Positions 48,771 through 57,792 of a DNA stretch of 64,000 nucleotides are shown piece after piece (the first letter of the stretch is position 1; each line of letters starts with the position of its first letter). The notes beneath the pieces are model-generated. The model made no database searches. It was given only the letters and a program-made list of their open reading frames with translations, and was not told the DNA's origin. The DNA comes from an uncultured Prevotellaceae bacterium (lineage in GTDB: Bacteria > Bacteroidota > Bacteroidia > Bacteroidales > UBA932): NCBI GenBank assembly GCA_947166905.1, contig CAMVFZ010000010.1, positions 1,905 through 65,904 on the forward strand, given 5' to 3'. The position numbers and the translations under genes were made by a program.

Positions 48771-51659
48771 TTACCAGACCATGTTCCAAGCCGCACTCTG
48801 GGCCCTCTGGCTATGAGTTGCATTCATTTTTCCGAAGTTCCACTTAATGCCGAACATCACATATCGGCCGATAATCATAGTATAACTATCCTCCTTGTAA
48901 TTGGCTTTAATGGTTCGGTAAAGATATTTTGTCTGATTGAGAATGTCGTGCACCTTCAGGCTAAGGTTGAATGCACCGATACTCTTTGAGAGCTCTGCAT
49001 TCCACTTCCACTCCGATTTTCCATAGCCGGCCGAATAGCCGCTGTGTATATCATAGTTGATCTCAGATTCAAAATCCCAATCGTGTTTTGTTGTATAAGA
49101 TGCAGTAAGGCCAATGCTGTGATCCCAGGTTTTGGAATTGAAGTCCTTGTTCATTGAATAGTTGGCAATTGAGCCACCGCTGTTGACATCCAGGACAATG
49201 GAATAGCAATCCTGATTCAGCTTCAGACTAAATGCCGCATAAGGTTCAAAAGACCTTAACTTGCTCTCTGTAAAGCCGCTCTTACCGGAATAGAACCTGT
49301 CTCCGTCGGAATTACCCCAGAAATCGGCCATAAAGCCGGAATAGTCGAAGTTATCCTTGTCCAGGCCGGACAGTACGCTGTTTGTCTGGTATGAAGACGA
49401 GACATTATAGTATACTCCACCGCTAAGGCGCAGAGACCATAACTTCTTGGAATCAAGAGGGAAGGTATAATGTGTTATTGCGGCAAGATAATAATCAGGT
49501 TTCTTGGAATTAACGGGAACGGAATACAGGATACCGCTGTTGTCGTACCACATCGCATTGTTGATAGGGTTGACCATCAAGCGGCCATAAAGATAAACCG
49601 ACAGCGTCGTAAACTTTTCCTTGTTGCTCCTGCGCCAGTCTGCACTGAAATAAGTCTGAACACCGGGCTTCAGATAAATGTTGCCGATGAACGGGCGTGA
49701 CGGATTGGCTATATTCATTACAGGCATTGTATAAGATGCTGCAGGACGCCTGCTGTAACCGGAGAGATAAAAAGAGATCTGGTCATTTCCCTTGGTATGC
49801 TTGAAGCGTGCAGTAGGAGTTATATACCAGTCCCAAATGCCCTTGCCGGTAACGTCGTCAATACCGTAGCTTCTGGAAATATTCTCATTCATCATACCTA
49901 TAAGACGGCCGCCGAGGGTAAACCAGCTGTCATCTCCGAATTTATACTGGAGAGTAAGCTCCGATTCCTGCATCTTATGGTTGTTACGGCTCTTGGAAGA
50001 ATAATAGTCGTTCCTGCCGGCATCGTCAAAAGCGTCACGGTTGTTGTTCCTGCGGGAATAATAATAGTCTACCATTGCCGATACAAGCCATTTGCTACCC
50101 AGGGGCTCTGTATAGCGCACTCCGACTGCAGCATAGGCATTGTCTCCGTCGGAAACATACTTCATTACACGGTGATCGCTGCCGCCGGCAGTAGCCAGAA
50201 CGGATGATTCATCACTGTTTCCGTTACTTGACCTGAAGCTGGCAGAAGAGCTGATCTTGATGGAGCGCTCTTTCTTACCCCAAAGTTCCTTGAATGTAAT
50301 GTCTCCTTCATAACCCACATCCTTCTTCTCTGAAATAGAATGGGTGGTGTTCTCAGAACTGTTTATAACGGCGCCCTGACGTGTTATCTCCGACGTGCCG
50401 TTATCGTAAGAATCGACCTTGCTATAGCGGAAAGACGGCAGGAAGTTGAACCATACCTTACCCTTTTCCTTCTGGAACTCGGCCTTGACCGAAGAGGAAT
50501 AATTGTACTGACGGCTGCCCTGGTCGGTTACAGACTCAAGGTCTCCGCCTTCCTGGGCAGTAGTCCTGTATGAACGCGAGCCGTTTTCTTTGTCGCCGTA
50601 TTTATAGTTTGCATTTACTGTCGTCTCAACATCCTTAATACGGCTTGTATTGGCATTCAGGCCGACCTGGGCTACCTTTGTGAGGCCGCCGGGGGTGGAC
50701 CGTATTTCCTCGTCGTCATCGATAAGGACAAAGTACATGTCGTTACCGTCGCTTATATTCTGGGTATTTGCAATAAGCGTCAGCTGGTCTTTCTCTGAGT
50801 AGGCCGATGCCAACAGGTTGGCGTTATACAACACACCGGGGTTCTTGCGCAGAGGGTCGTCATCCTTCTTTCCCAGGGTGCTTCCGCCCAAAAGCGCTGC
50901 ATTTCCGAACCACCCCTGCTGGTACTCTTTCTTAAGGGCCACATCAAGGACTTTCTCTTTAGTTCCGTCCTCTACGCCGGTAGCGCGGGTATCCTTCGAC
51001 TGCTTGTCAATCACGCGGATCTTGTCCACCACCGCGGCAGGCAGGTTGTTGAGCGCAGTAGACTGGTCGCCGAAGAAGAAGGTTCGGCCGCCGATGGTAA
51101 TCTTGTCAATCTCTTCTCCGTTGAACTTGACCTTTCCGTCCTCTGTAATCTCCATGCCCGGCATTCGCTTGATAAGGTCTTTGAGCATTGCGTTGGCACC
51201 CACGCGGTAAGAAGAGGCGTTGAACTCAACAGTGTCCTTCTTCATCACTATCGGGTTGGTGACATCCGATATGACCGCAGCCTCCAGGAACTCATCGTCC
51301 TGCTTCAGGCGGATGGTGCCCATATCCACCTTCGCCTCACGGAAATACCTTTCCTTTATAAAGGGCTTGTAACCCATCATCTCTACATGGAAAACATAGT
51401 TTCCGAAGGGAACTTCCTCCAACTTGGCCTCGCCATTGACATCGGTCAGGGTAAAATTGGTGATGGTTGTGTCCTTGACAGGAACAACGTAAACTGAGGC
51501 AAAGCCCACGGGCTCGTTTGTAAGAGAATCCAGTACGGTTGTCTTGATCTCCGACATCCTTTTCTGGAACATGTTGTCATTTACGATGATAATCTGGGCC
51601 CCGGCAGTGGCGTAAAAGCAGATTGTCATCACAATCGATAAGAGGAAATGTTTTTTCAT
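48771..51659 (-). CDS. outer-membrane beta-barrel protein with N-terminal carboxypeptidase-regulatory-like domain (TonB-dependent-receptor-like)
   Basis: Signal peptide, 'VLDSLTNEPVGFASVYVV...TDVNGEAKLEEVPFGNYVFHVEMMGYKP' (CarbopepD_reg-like), a plug-like 'MPGMEITEDGKVKFNGEEIDKITIGGRTFF', a long alternating barrel, and a terminal W. Confidence 0.72.
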   Translation of the reverse strand: MKKHFLLSIVMTICFYATAGAQIIIVNDNMFQKRMSEIKTTVLDSLTNEPVGFASVYVVPVKDTTITNFTLTDVNGEAKLEEVPFGNYVFHVEMMGYKPFIKERYFREAKVDMGTIRLKQDDEFLEAAVISDVTNPIVMKKDTVEFNASSYRVGANAMLKDLIKRMPGMEITEDGKVKFNGEEIDKITIGGRTFFFGDQSTALNNLPAAVVDKIRVIDKQSKDTRATGVEDGTKEKVLDVALKKEYQQGWFGNAALLGGSTLGKKDDDPLRKNPGVLYNANLLASAYSEKDQLTLIANTQNISDGNDMYFVLIDDDEEIRSTPGGLTKVAQVGLNANTSRIKDVETTVNANYKYGDKENGSRSYRTTAQEGGDLESVTDQGSRQYNYSSSVKAEFQKEKGKVWFNFLPSFRYSKVDSYDNGTSEITRQGAVINSSENTTHSISEKKDVGYEGDITFKELWGKKERSIKISSSASFRSSNGNSDESSVLATAGGSDHRVMKYVSDGDNAYAAVGVRYTEPLGSKWLVSAMVDYYYSRRNNNRDAFDDAGRNDYYSSKSRNNHKMQESELTLQYKFGDDSWFTLGGRLIGMMNENISRSYGIDDVTGKGIWDWYITPTARFKHTKGNDQISFYLSGYSRRPAASYTMPVMNIANPSRPFIGNIYLKPGVQTYFSADWRRSNKEKFTTLSVYLYGRLMVNPINNAMWYDNSGILYSVPVNSKKPDYYLAAITHYTFPLDSKKLWSLRLSGGVYYNVSSSYQTNSVLSGLDKDNFDYSGFMADFWGNSDGDRFYSGKSGFTESKLRSFEPYAAFSLKLNQDCYSIVLDVNSGGSIANYSMNKDFNSKTWDHSIGLTASYTTKHDWDFESEINYDIHSGYSAGYGKSEWKWNAELSKSIGAFNLSLKVHDILNQTKYLYRTIKANYKEDSYTMIIGRYVMFGIKWNFGKMNATHSQRAQSAAWNMVW

Positions 51660-51670
51660 TGTTTAGAGTT

Positions 51671-52867
51671 TTATTCTTCCATAAACAGCTGCGCTTTAAC
51701 AAATTCTATGCTCTTTTGCACGTACTCATAGCCTTGAGTGCCCGGTTTACCCTGCTCTAAGTACTTTTCGTACCATTTTAGCGCATTTTTGAAATCTTTT
51801 TTATACTCGTAGCAATAACCGATGGAAGACAAAAGTGAAAAAGCTTTAGGATTATAGCGATATGCTTCTTTGTAATGTTCAATAGCCTGATCGATGGCTT
51901 TCTGCGTTTTGAAATATCCCATACCATACTGCTGATGCAGGCGGTACATCATCTCCGGGTCTGGCTGGAGCATATTCCAAGCCTTGTCCAACCAGGGTTT
52001 TACATGGGACTCGAACGGATAGAAGGCCTCTGCATTTACGGAACCGATGTAGAAGGCCAACGTAGCCTCCGTAGAATCTATCTGCCAGGCGTCAAGGAAC
52101 TCTTCGCGGGCCCTGTTCAGCCTCTTGGTCTGCCAGTAGCAATGTCCCAGATAAAGATGCACGGGATAAGTATCATTGCCGATGTCTTCCTGACGCTGGA
52201 ACACATCCGCAGCCTGATCATAGTCGCCCTTCCTGTACAAGGCTATACCTTTGATGGGAGCTATGGTTATATTGTCCGGATCTTCTTCCAGGAAAGGATT
52301 CACAAGATTAAGTGCTCCGTCATAATCCTTTGCCTTGAGCAGTATGTCGGACGCCTTGGATAGCACCTTCTCATTCATTGGCTTGATTGCCAGATACTTA
52401 GAATAATACACAAAGGCAGAATCCAGCATATTCATCTGGCTGAAGGCGTCACCGATGTAGCCAATGACGGCAGGAATGGTATCCCTTTGCAGAACGGACC
52501 AGCCGGCCTGGATACTGTTCGGATAATCCCTCAGGCGATAGAAGCACTGCATCAGTCTTATCGAATACATTATCTTTCCAGGGCAGCTGGATGCGAGCAT
52601 AAAATAAGTGCCGGCAGCACTCTCGAAGTCTGCGCTCTGGAAATGGCAATCGGCAAGTTCCGCCATCACTTCCTCGTCAAAAGACTTCGGAGAAACAAAG
52701 GGCGAGAGTAGTTCTATGGCCTCATCGATCTTGAAAACGCTCTTCAATTGCCTGGCCTGTGACAGGGCCTCCTTCCTTGCATCGTCCTCAGTTTGAGGTT
52801 GAGCCTGGAGCTGACTACCAGCCAAAAACAAGCCAATAGCCAATAAAAATAAACGAAGGATTACCAT
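51671..52867 (-). CDS. TPR-repeat protein (secreted)
   Basis: Signal peptide followed by repeated 34-residue A/Y/L-patterned helices throughout. 398 aa. Confidence 0.65.
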   Translation of the reverse strand: MVILRLFLLAIGLFLAGSQLQAQPQTEDDARKEALSQARQLKSVFKIDEAIELLSPFVSPKSFDEEVMAELADCHFQSADFESAAGTYFMLASSCPGKIMYSIRLMQCFYRLRDYPNSIQAGWSVLQRDTIPAVIGYIGDAFSQMNMLDSAFVYYSKYLAIKPMNEKVLSKASDILLKAKDYDGALNLVNPFLEEDPDNITIAPIKGIALYRKGDYDQAADVFQRQEDIGNDTYPVHLYLGHCYWQTKRLNRAREEFLDAWQIDSTEATLAFYIGSVNAEAFYPFESHVKPWLDKAWNMLQPDPEMMYRLHQQYGMGYFKTQKAIDQAIEHYKEAYRYNPKAFSLLSSIGYCYEYKKDFKNALKWYEKYLEQGKPGTQGYEYVQKSIEFVKAQLFMEE

Positions 52868-52870
52868 AAT

Positions 52871-54076
52871 TTATCTGAGTTGGAATATTACTGGGAACAT
52901 GTAATGTATCTTACCGACGATTCCGTCGGGGCGCTCGAATATCCAGTCCTGTGCGCAGGCGGTTACGGCGCGAAGGGCCTCGGCATCAAGATCCGGGTGG
53001 ACGCCTCTCATTATTTTGACATCGCCGATGGAGCCATCGTTGTCTACCACGAAGGACAGCGTAATCCTACCCTGTATGCCTGCGGTTTTGGCCGATTCGG
53101 GATACTCCAGCATCTGGTTTACCCGGCGGGAAAACTCCTGGGCGGAACCCTTCTGCGCTACCGGTTCTTCCGATACTGCCACGAATTCGACTTCTTCTAC
53201 CACCGGCTCAGTTTCAAGCACTTTTACAGGATTGCAGGCAAAGGCGGCTATGGCAAGGCAGGGCAGAACGGCAAGGTAAGACCAGCGCCTGCGCCGCGAA
53301 GTAGACTCGCTCAGCATCATCGTAATACGATTCTTTAGCTTGGAGTGCTGGAAGCCGCTGGCCATTAGGAAGCGCTCGTTGCCTACGGCCTTGCGCACCA
53401 GAAGAAGCTGGTACTGACGGGCCTCGACTCCCTGTGAGATTACTCCTTCATCGGCCTCGTACTCATGCAGCAGGCAAAGTTCCGTACGTGTTATCCAGAC
53501 CAGGGGGTTCCACCAGTAAAGGAGCTGTATAAGGGTGTAGATGAAAAGGTCCAGATAATGGCAGCTCTTCACATGCATTTTCTCGTGGGTAAAGACGGCC
53601 GGATTCTCTTCCAGGTCCTGACGGCCCAGAACGATTAGCTTCCCGAAGCTGAAAGAAGACTTGCAGACATCGGATATAATGGTATTGTAGCCTTCTTTGA
53701 CAATGCGCTCCCCTGCCCTGACTATCCTGTACATCCTGACAGTAGAGACAATTGCATAGCACAGTACGGCTGCGAAGCCGATGAAAAAGGCCACTGCAAC
53801 CGGCAGAACCCATGACGTTGCCACCGGGGCCGATGCAGCCACGGATCCGGCCTGCAAGCCATCGGCAGAGACGGCCTCCATCTGGCCTACGGAAGCGAGG
53901 ATCTCAATGGTCCTTATCCTAAGCAATGGCAGCAGCATGCAGATAAAGGTGCCGGCCAACAGCAAGATGCGGTTAAGGCGGAAGAACGTGGTCTTGCGCA
54001 TAACCAGCAGGAAGAAGGCGTAGAATATGCCGATGTAAAGGCCGCTTCTAAGTATATATAAAAGGAAGTTTTCCAT
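52871..54076 (-). CDS. BlaR1-like M56 metallopeptidase signal transducer fused to a TonB C-terminal domain
   Basis: Four N-terminal TM helices, 'FTHEKMHVKSCH' (HExxH), and a C-terminal 'YPESAKTAGIQGRITLSFVVDNDGSIGDVKIMRGVHPDLDAEALRAV' (TonB_C). There is no penicillin-binding sensor domain. Confidence 0.8.
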   Translation of the reverse strand: MENFLLYILRSGLYIGIFYAFFLLVMRKTTFFRLNRILLLAGTFICMLLPLLRIRTIEILASVGQMEAVSADGLQAGSVAASAPVATSWVLPVAVAFFIGFAAVLCYAIVSTVRMYRIVRAGERIVKEGYNTIISDVCKSSFSFGKLIVLGRQDLEENPAVFTHEKMHVKSCHYLDLFIYTLIQLLYWWNPLVWITRTELCLLHEYEADEGVISQGVEARQYQLLLVRKAVGNERFLMASGFQHSKLKNRITMMLSESTSRRRRWSYLAVLPCLAIAAFACNPVKVLETEPVVEEVEFVAVSEEPVAQKGSAQEFSRRVNQMLEYPESAKTAGIQGRITLSFVVDNDGSIGDVKIMRGVHPDLDAEALRAVTACAQDWIFERPDGIVGKIHYMFPVIFQLR

Positions 54077-54438
54077 TACTTGCCGTTTTCTATTGCTTTA
54101 ATCAGTGCCTTAAGATCGTCTAGATTCATCTTGTCTTCCTCTACGAACTGGGATACAAGACTTGCGTAAGAGTTGTCGTAGTACCTTGATACTACGTCAG
54201 ATATTGTATTGCCACGATACTGGCGCTCGCTTATCTTTACCTTGTATCTGAAAGAGTTTGCCATGGGCTCCCTCTCTACAAAGCCCTTTTCCTCCAGGAA
54301 CTTCACAAGCGTGGCTACAGTGTTGTAGTGCGGCTTGGGATCCGGGATGTACGATATAAGGTCACGGATAAAAAGATCTCCGTGCTGCCAGAAGATGGAC
54401 ATCAGCATCTCTTCCTTTGCTGTCAGTTTTTGTTTCAT
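54076..54438 (-). CDS. BlaI/MecI/CopY-family transcriptional repressor
   Basis: 120 aa winged helix: 'LTAKEEMLMSIFWQHGDLFIRDLISYIPDPKPHYNTVATLVKFLEEKGFV'. The stop overlaps the blaR1-like start (TAATG). Confidence 0.85.
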   Translation of the reverse strand: MKQKLTAKEEMLMSIFWQHGDLFIRDLISYIPDPKPHYNTVATLVKFLEEKGFVEREPMANSFRYKVKISERQYRGNTISDVVSRYYDNSYASLVSQFVEEDKMNLDDLKALIKAIENGK

Positions 54439-54524
54439 ACGAACGATATTAAAACACTAACCGACAGCAAAGATAGGGATTATTTTTATATCTCCTAATT
54501 TTTTTAGGAGAATTCCGTCATTTT

Positions 54525-55997
54525 TTAGTAATAGAGGTTGACGCTCTCCATGATCTCTTTAAGACAAACGTATAAATCAGTATCGAAATTGTCTTTCTGG
54601 CTGCGGGAATTGCAGAGGAGCACACCGTTTACACCATTCTTGCCACGAGCCCAGATGGTTGCAGTACCGCTAAGGTTTCCGCCGTGATATGAAGCCCAGT
54701 TAAAGCTGTGTTCTATACGCCAGCCGAAGCCATAACCACCATAGGTATTGCTGGTATAATTTGTATACATCTTGTCAAGGGATTCTTTGGTAAGGATATC
54801 CGGCACAACGTCACCGTAGTCCTCTGCACAAAGGAGCTTCATGAGTTCTACAGGGGATGCGATTACGGCGCCGCAGGCGCCTACAACGGCCATATCGTTG
54901 CCATAGGCTGTAGATGAGCCCTGGGGATAATAAACGCATTCGTTGCTGCGTCTTTCGGCCTGTGTATTCTTGGCTACCCACATATCGTGTACGCCGGCCT
55001 TGGCAACAACGCTGCGGAGGAAGGTCTCATAGGTCTCTCCGGTAACCTTTTCGATAACCTGGCCAAGTACGCAGAAACCAAGATTATAATAAGAAAACGA
55101 AGTGCCGGGGACACTACTGGTGCTGGTCTTGACCATATATGCAACCCTGTCCTTAAGGCTTTTTCCGTAAAAACGGGAGTCGCCGGTGAAAATGGGATCG
55201 ACGCCGTCGGTGGTGGCATACTTCCAACCGGACATATGGGTAAGGAGGTGACGAATCTTTATTTCATCCACGTGATTTCCATGGGGAACCTCGGCTGTAG
55301 CCGGGTACATATCGGCAAGAATACCGGTATTGGGGGCGAATACATAGTCGTCAAGGCTGAGCTTGCCTTCCTCGCAAAGGGTCATGATGCAGAGGGCGGT
55401 CTGCGCCTTGCTCATACTTGCCAGGCGGAAGAGCATGTCGGAGCGGGTGGGAGTCATCGGGTTGGCATCCATATTTGAAACGCCGTAACCTGCATGGTAT
55501 GCCAGTTTCTCACCCTTGGTGGTTGCAATGCCGATGCCGGGGATGTCGTAGTCCACCATTATCTGGTATACTTTTTTGTCGATATCAACCTTGCCGGAGC
55601 GTACCATCAGATAATATTTGGTATGATGGGTTCCGTCTTCTGCAGTCACGGTCAAATCTACGGGATCTGTAAGGTTGACCGATGTCTGGCCGGATACAAG
55701 TTCTGTAGAGCCGATGCGTACCTTGGACTTGCTGCTTGCAATGAATGTGGGGACAAGGGATGTGGTGTTTACTCCTTCCGGTACGGTGATGAGGATGAAT
55801 TTCTTTTCACGGATGGTGGCGATTACTGCGCTGGTCGTAGTGACGACACCGGGGTTGGAAGAAGGTGCGAACTGGAAGGAGTTTAGTGTACAGGCAGAAG
55901 ATGGTGTATCTTCGGGGGTGGGAGTGTCTTTTCCGTCTTTACCGCAGGAGACGGCCAGGATAACGATGGGCAATAATGCCAACAACCATTTTTTCAT
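54525..55997 (-). CDS. beta-lactamase-family serine hydrolase lipoprotein with N-terminal Ig-like domain
   Basis: Lipobox 'LAVSC', an Ig-like ~110 aa region, then SxxK 'ASMSK', YxN 'YYN' and 'HGG' motifs of class C/PBP-like hydrolases. Confidence 0.78.
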   Translation of the reverse strand: MKKWLLALLPIVILAVSCGKDGKDTPTPEDTPSSACTLNSFQFAPSSNPGVVTTTSAVIATIREKKFILITVPEGVNTTSLVPTFIASSKSKVRIGSTELVSGQTSVNLTDPVDLTVTAEDGTHHTKYYLMVRSGKVDIDKKVYQIMVDYDIPGIGIATTKGEKLAYHAGYGVSNMDANPMTPTRSDMLFRLASMSKAQTALCIMTLCEEGKLSLDDYVFAPNTGILADMYPATAEVPHGNHVDEIKIRHLLTHMSGWKYATTDGVDPIFTGDSRFYGKSLKDRVAYMVKTSTSSVPGTSFSYYNLGFCVLGQVIEKVTGETYETFLRSVVAKAGVHDMWVAKNTQAERRSNECVYYPQGSSTAYGNDMAVVGACGAVIASPVELMKLLCAEDYGDVVPDILTKESLDKMYTNYTSNTYGGYGFGWRIEHSFNWASYHGGNLSGTATIWARGKNGVNGVLLCNSRSQKDNFDTDLYVCLKEIMESVNLYY

Positions 55998-56112
55998 GAT
56001 AGTTTTTTGGTTAGTTTTTTGTTGGAGTGCGAATTTATAAAAACAAATACTTATATTTGCTAGAAATAGTAACTTTTTTTTGCAAAATCAGTAATTTTTA
56101 ACAGTAATAACT

Positions 56113-57411
56113 ATGGTAAGAGTTAAACCTTTCGCAGCGGTTCGCCCTCCCAAAGGAATCGTAACAGAAGTTGCAGCCCCTCCTTATGACGTCCTGAACT
56201 CGCAGGAGGCCAAGGCTATGGCCGGGGAGAAATCACTGCTTCACATCACTAAACCGGAGATTGATTTCAATCCCATCGCCGATGAGCATTCACAGCCTGT
56301 TTATGACAAGGCTGTAGAGAATTTCAAGCTTTGGCGCCAGAAGGGATGGCTTGTCCAGGACGACAAGGAGAAGTATTATGTATACGCCCAGACGATGGAC
56401 GGCCGCACCCAGTATGGCATTGTTCTTTGCGCTCATACGGACGATTACGCAGAGGGCAAGATCAAGAAGCATGAACTTACCCGCAAGGATAAAGAGGATG
56501 ACCGTATGATTCACGTGCGCATCCAGAACGCCAACATCGAGCCTGTTTTCTTTGCTTTCAAGGACCATGCAGAGCTCAACGCTATTGTTGCCGCCAAGGT
56601 TAAGGAGGCTCCGGAATACCAGTTCACGGACGAGAACAATTTTGGCCACGCTTTCTGGGTAATTGATGACGATGCGGTCATTGCTCGTATTACGGAGATC
56701 TTTACCAATGACATCGATGCATTTTATGTTGCCGATGGTCACCATCGTACCGCAGCTGCCGCTCGCGTCGGTGCAGAGAAGAGGGCTCAGAATCCCAATC
56801 ATACCGGCAAGGAAGAGTATAATTACTTCATGACGGTATGCTTCCCTCAGAGCCAGCTCAAGATCATAGATTATAACCGCGTTGTTAAAGACCTCAACGG
56901 TCTTACTGCAAAGGAGTTCATCGAGGCTCTTCAGAAGGACTTCATAGTAGAATGCAAATGTGACTGCACAAAGGATGGTGGTAAATGCAATTGCGAGCCG
57001 CCTTGCCACTGCAAGTGCTCTGAGGCTTACAAGCCTGCAGGCCTGCACAACTTTGCGATGTATCTTGAGGGCGTATGGTACAGCCTTACTGCCAAGCCGG
57101 GTACATACAATGACTCAGATCCTATCGGCGTGCTTGACGTAACCGTACTTTCCAATCTTGTTCTTGACAAGATTCTGGGTATCAAGGATTTGCGTACCGA
57201 TAAGAGGATTGATTTCGTAGGCGGAATCCGCGGTCTTGGAGAGCTTTCCCGCCGCGTGGACAGCGGAGAGATGAAGGTTGCCTTCGCGCTCTACCCTGTT
57301 TCTATGGAGCAGCTTATGAATATTGCCGACAGCGGCAATATCATGCCTCCTAAGACCACCTGGTTCGAGCCCAAGCTCCGCAGCGGCCTTGCCATCCACC
57401 TTTTAGGCTAA
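56113..57411 (+). CDS. DUF1015 domain protein with an internal Cys-rich insertion
   Basis: 'VKPFAAVRP...VAAPPYDV', 'YVADGHHRTAAA' and 'MPPKTTWFEPKLRSGL' are the DUF1015 hallmarks. Insertion 'ECKCDCTKDGGKCNCEPPCHCKC' at aa 280-302. Confidence 0.8.
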   Translation: MVRVKPFAAVRPPKGIVTEVAAPPYDVLNSQEAKAMAGEKSLLHITKPEIDFNPIADEHSQPVYDKAVENFKLWRQKGWLVQDDKEKYYVYAQTMDGRTQYGIVLCAHTDDYAEGKIKKHELTRKDKEDDRMIHVRIQNANIEPVFFAFKDHAELNAIVAAKVKEAPEYQFTDENNFGHAFWVIDDDAVIARITEIFTNDIDAFYVADGHHRTAAAARVGAEKRAQNPNHTGKEEYNYFMTVCFPQSQLKIIDYNRVVKDLNGLTAKEFIEALQKDFIVECKCDCTKDGGKCNCEPPCHCKCSEAYKPAGLHNFAMYLEGVWYSLTAKPGTYNDSDPIGVLDVTVLSNLVLDKILGIKDLRTDKRIDFVGGIRGLGELSRRVDSGEMKVAFALYPVSMEQLMNIADSGNIMPPKTTWFEPKLRSGLAIHLLG

Positions 57412-57426
57412 CAACATCCCACATAC

Positions 57427-57462
57427 CAAAATGAGAGTGATCAAAAAGTCACTCTCATTTTG
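57427..57462 (+). terminator. hairpin terminator after the DUF1015 gene
   Basis: A perfect 14-bp stem: 'caaaatgagagtga' pairs with 'tcactctcattttg', with an 8-nt loop. Confidence 0.6.
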
Positions 57463-57476
57463 TATATTTGCGCTAT

Positions 57477-57623
57477 ATGAAACAGATAGAAGTAGTTGCG
57501 GCAATCATACGCAAAGGAGATAAGATCTTCGCGACCCAGAGGGGATATGGAGATTGGAAAGACTGGTGGGAATTTCCGGGCGGGAAAGTCCCACTTGAAA
57601 GTAAGGGCAAGTCGTTGAAATGA
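57477..57623 (+). pseudogene. 5' fragment of a NUDIX (MutT-type) hydrolase gene, truncated at the island junction
   Basis: 'MKQIEVVAAIIRKGDKIFATQRGYGDWKDWWEFPGGKV' matches MutT-like N-termini up to the first residues of the NUDIX box. It is followed by 10 unrelated codons (PLESKGKSLK) and a stop. The rest of the NUDIX box (REx2EE) is absent. Confidence 0.65.
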
Positions 57624-57724
57624 TTTGGAAGGCTAATTATTACATAACTACCTACTAATCAAAACCTACAAGCCGCCAATCCCAAATCTTCCTCTTACAA
57701 CAAATTTCAATAGCCAGCCATTAT

Positions 57725-57760
57725 GGGGACAAAAATAATTGTTTTTGTCCCCGCTTTTTT
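57725..57760 (+). terminator. perfect 11-bp hairpin plus T-run just inside the island's left end
   Basis: 'ggggacaaaaa' / loop 'taattg' / 'tttttgtcccc', then 'gctttttt'. Confidence 0.5.
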
Positions 57761-57761
57761 G

Positions 57762-57769
57762 TACCTTTG
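57762..57769 (+). promoter_or_regulatory. -7 type promoter motif (TACCTTTG) for the integrase gene
   Basis: Matches TAnnTTTG, lies 24 nt upstream of the ATG at 57793, and directly follows the hairpin. Confidence 0.4.
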
Positions 57770-57792
57770 TAGAAGAAAAAATTGACTGGATT

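Noticed and set aside
52871-55997. A classical inducible beta-lactamase operon (blaI-blaR1-blaZ).
   Set aside because: The BlaR1-like protein lacks the extracellular penicillin-binding sensor domain and carries a TonB C-terminal domain instead. The beta-lactamase-family hydrolase lies upstream across an 86-nt gap, has an extra Ig-like domain and resembles generic PBP-like or esterase-type serine hydrolases. No resistance function can be inferred.
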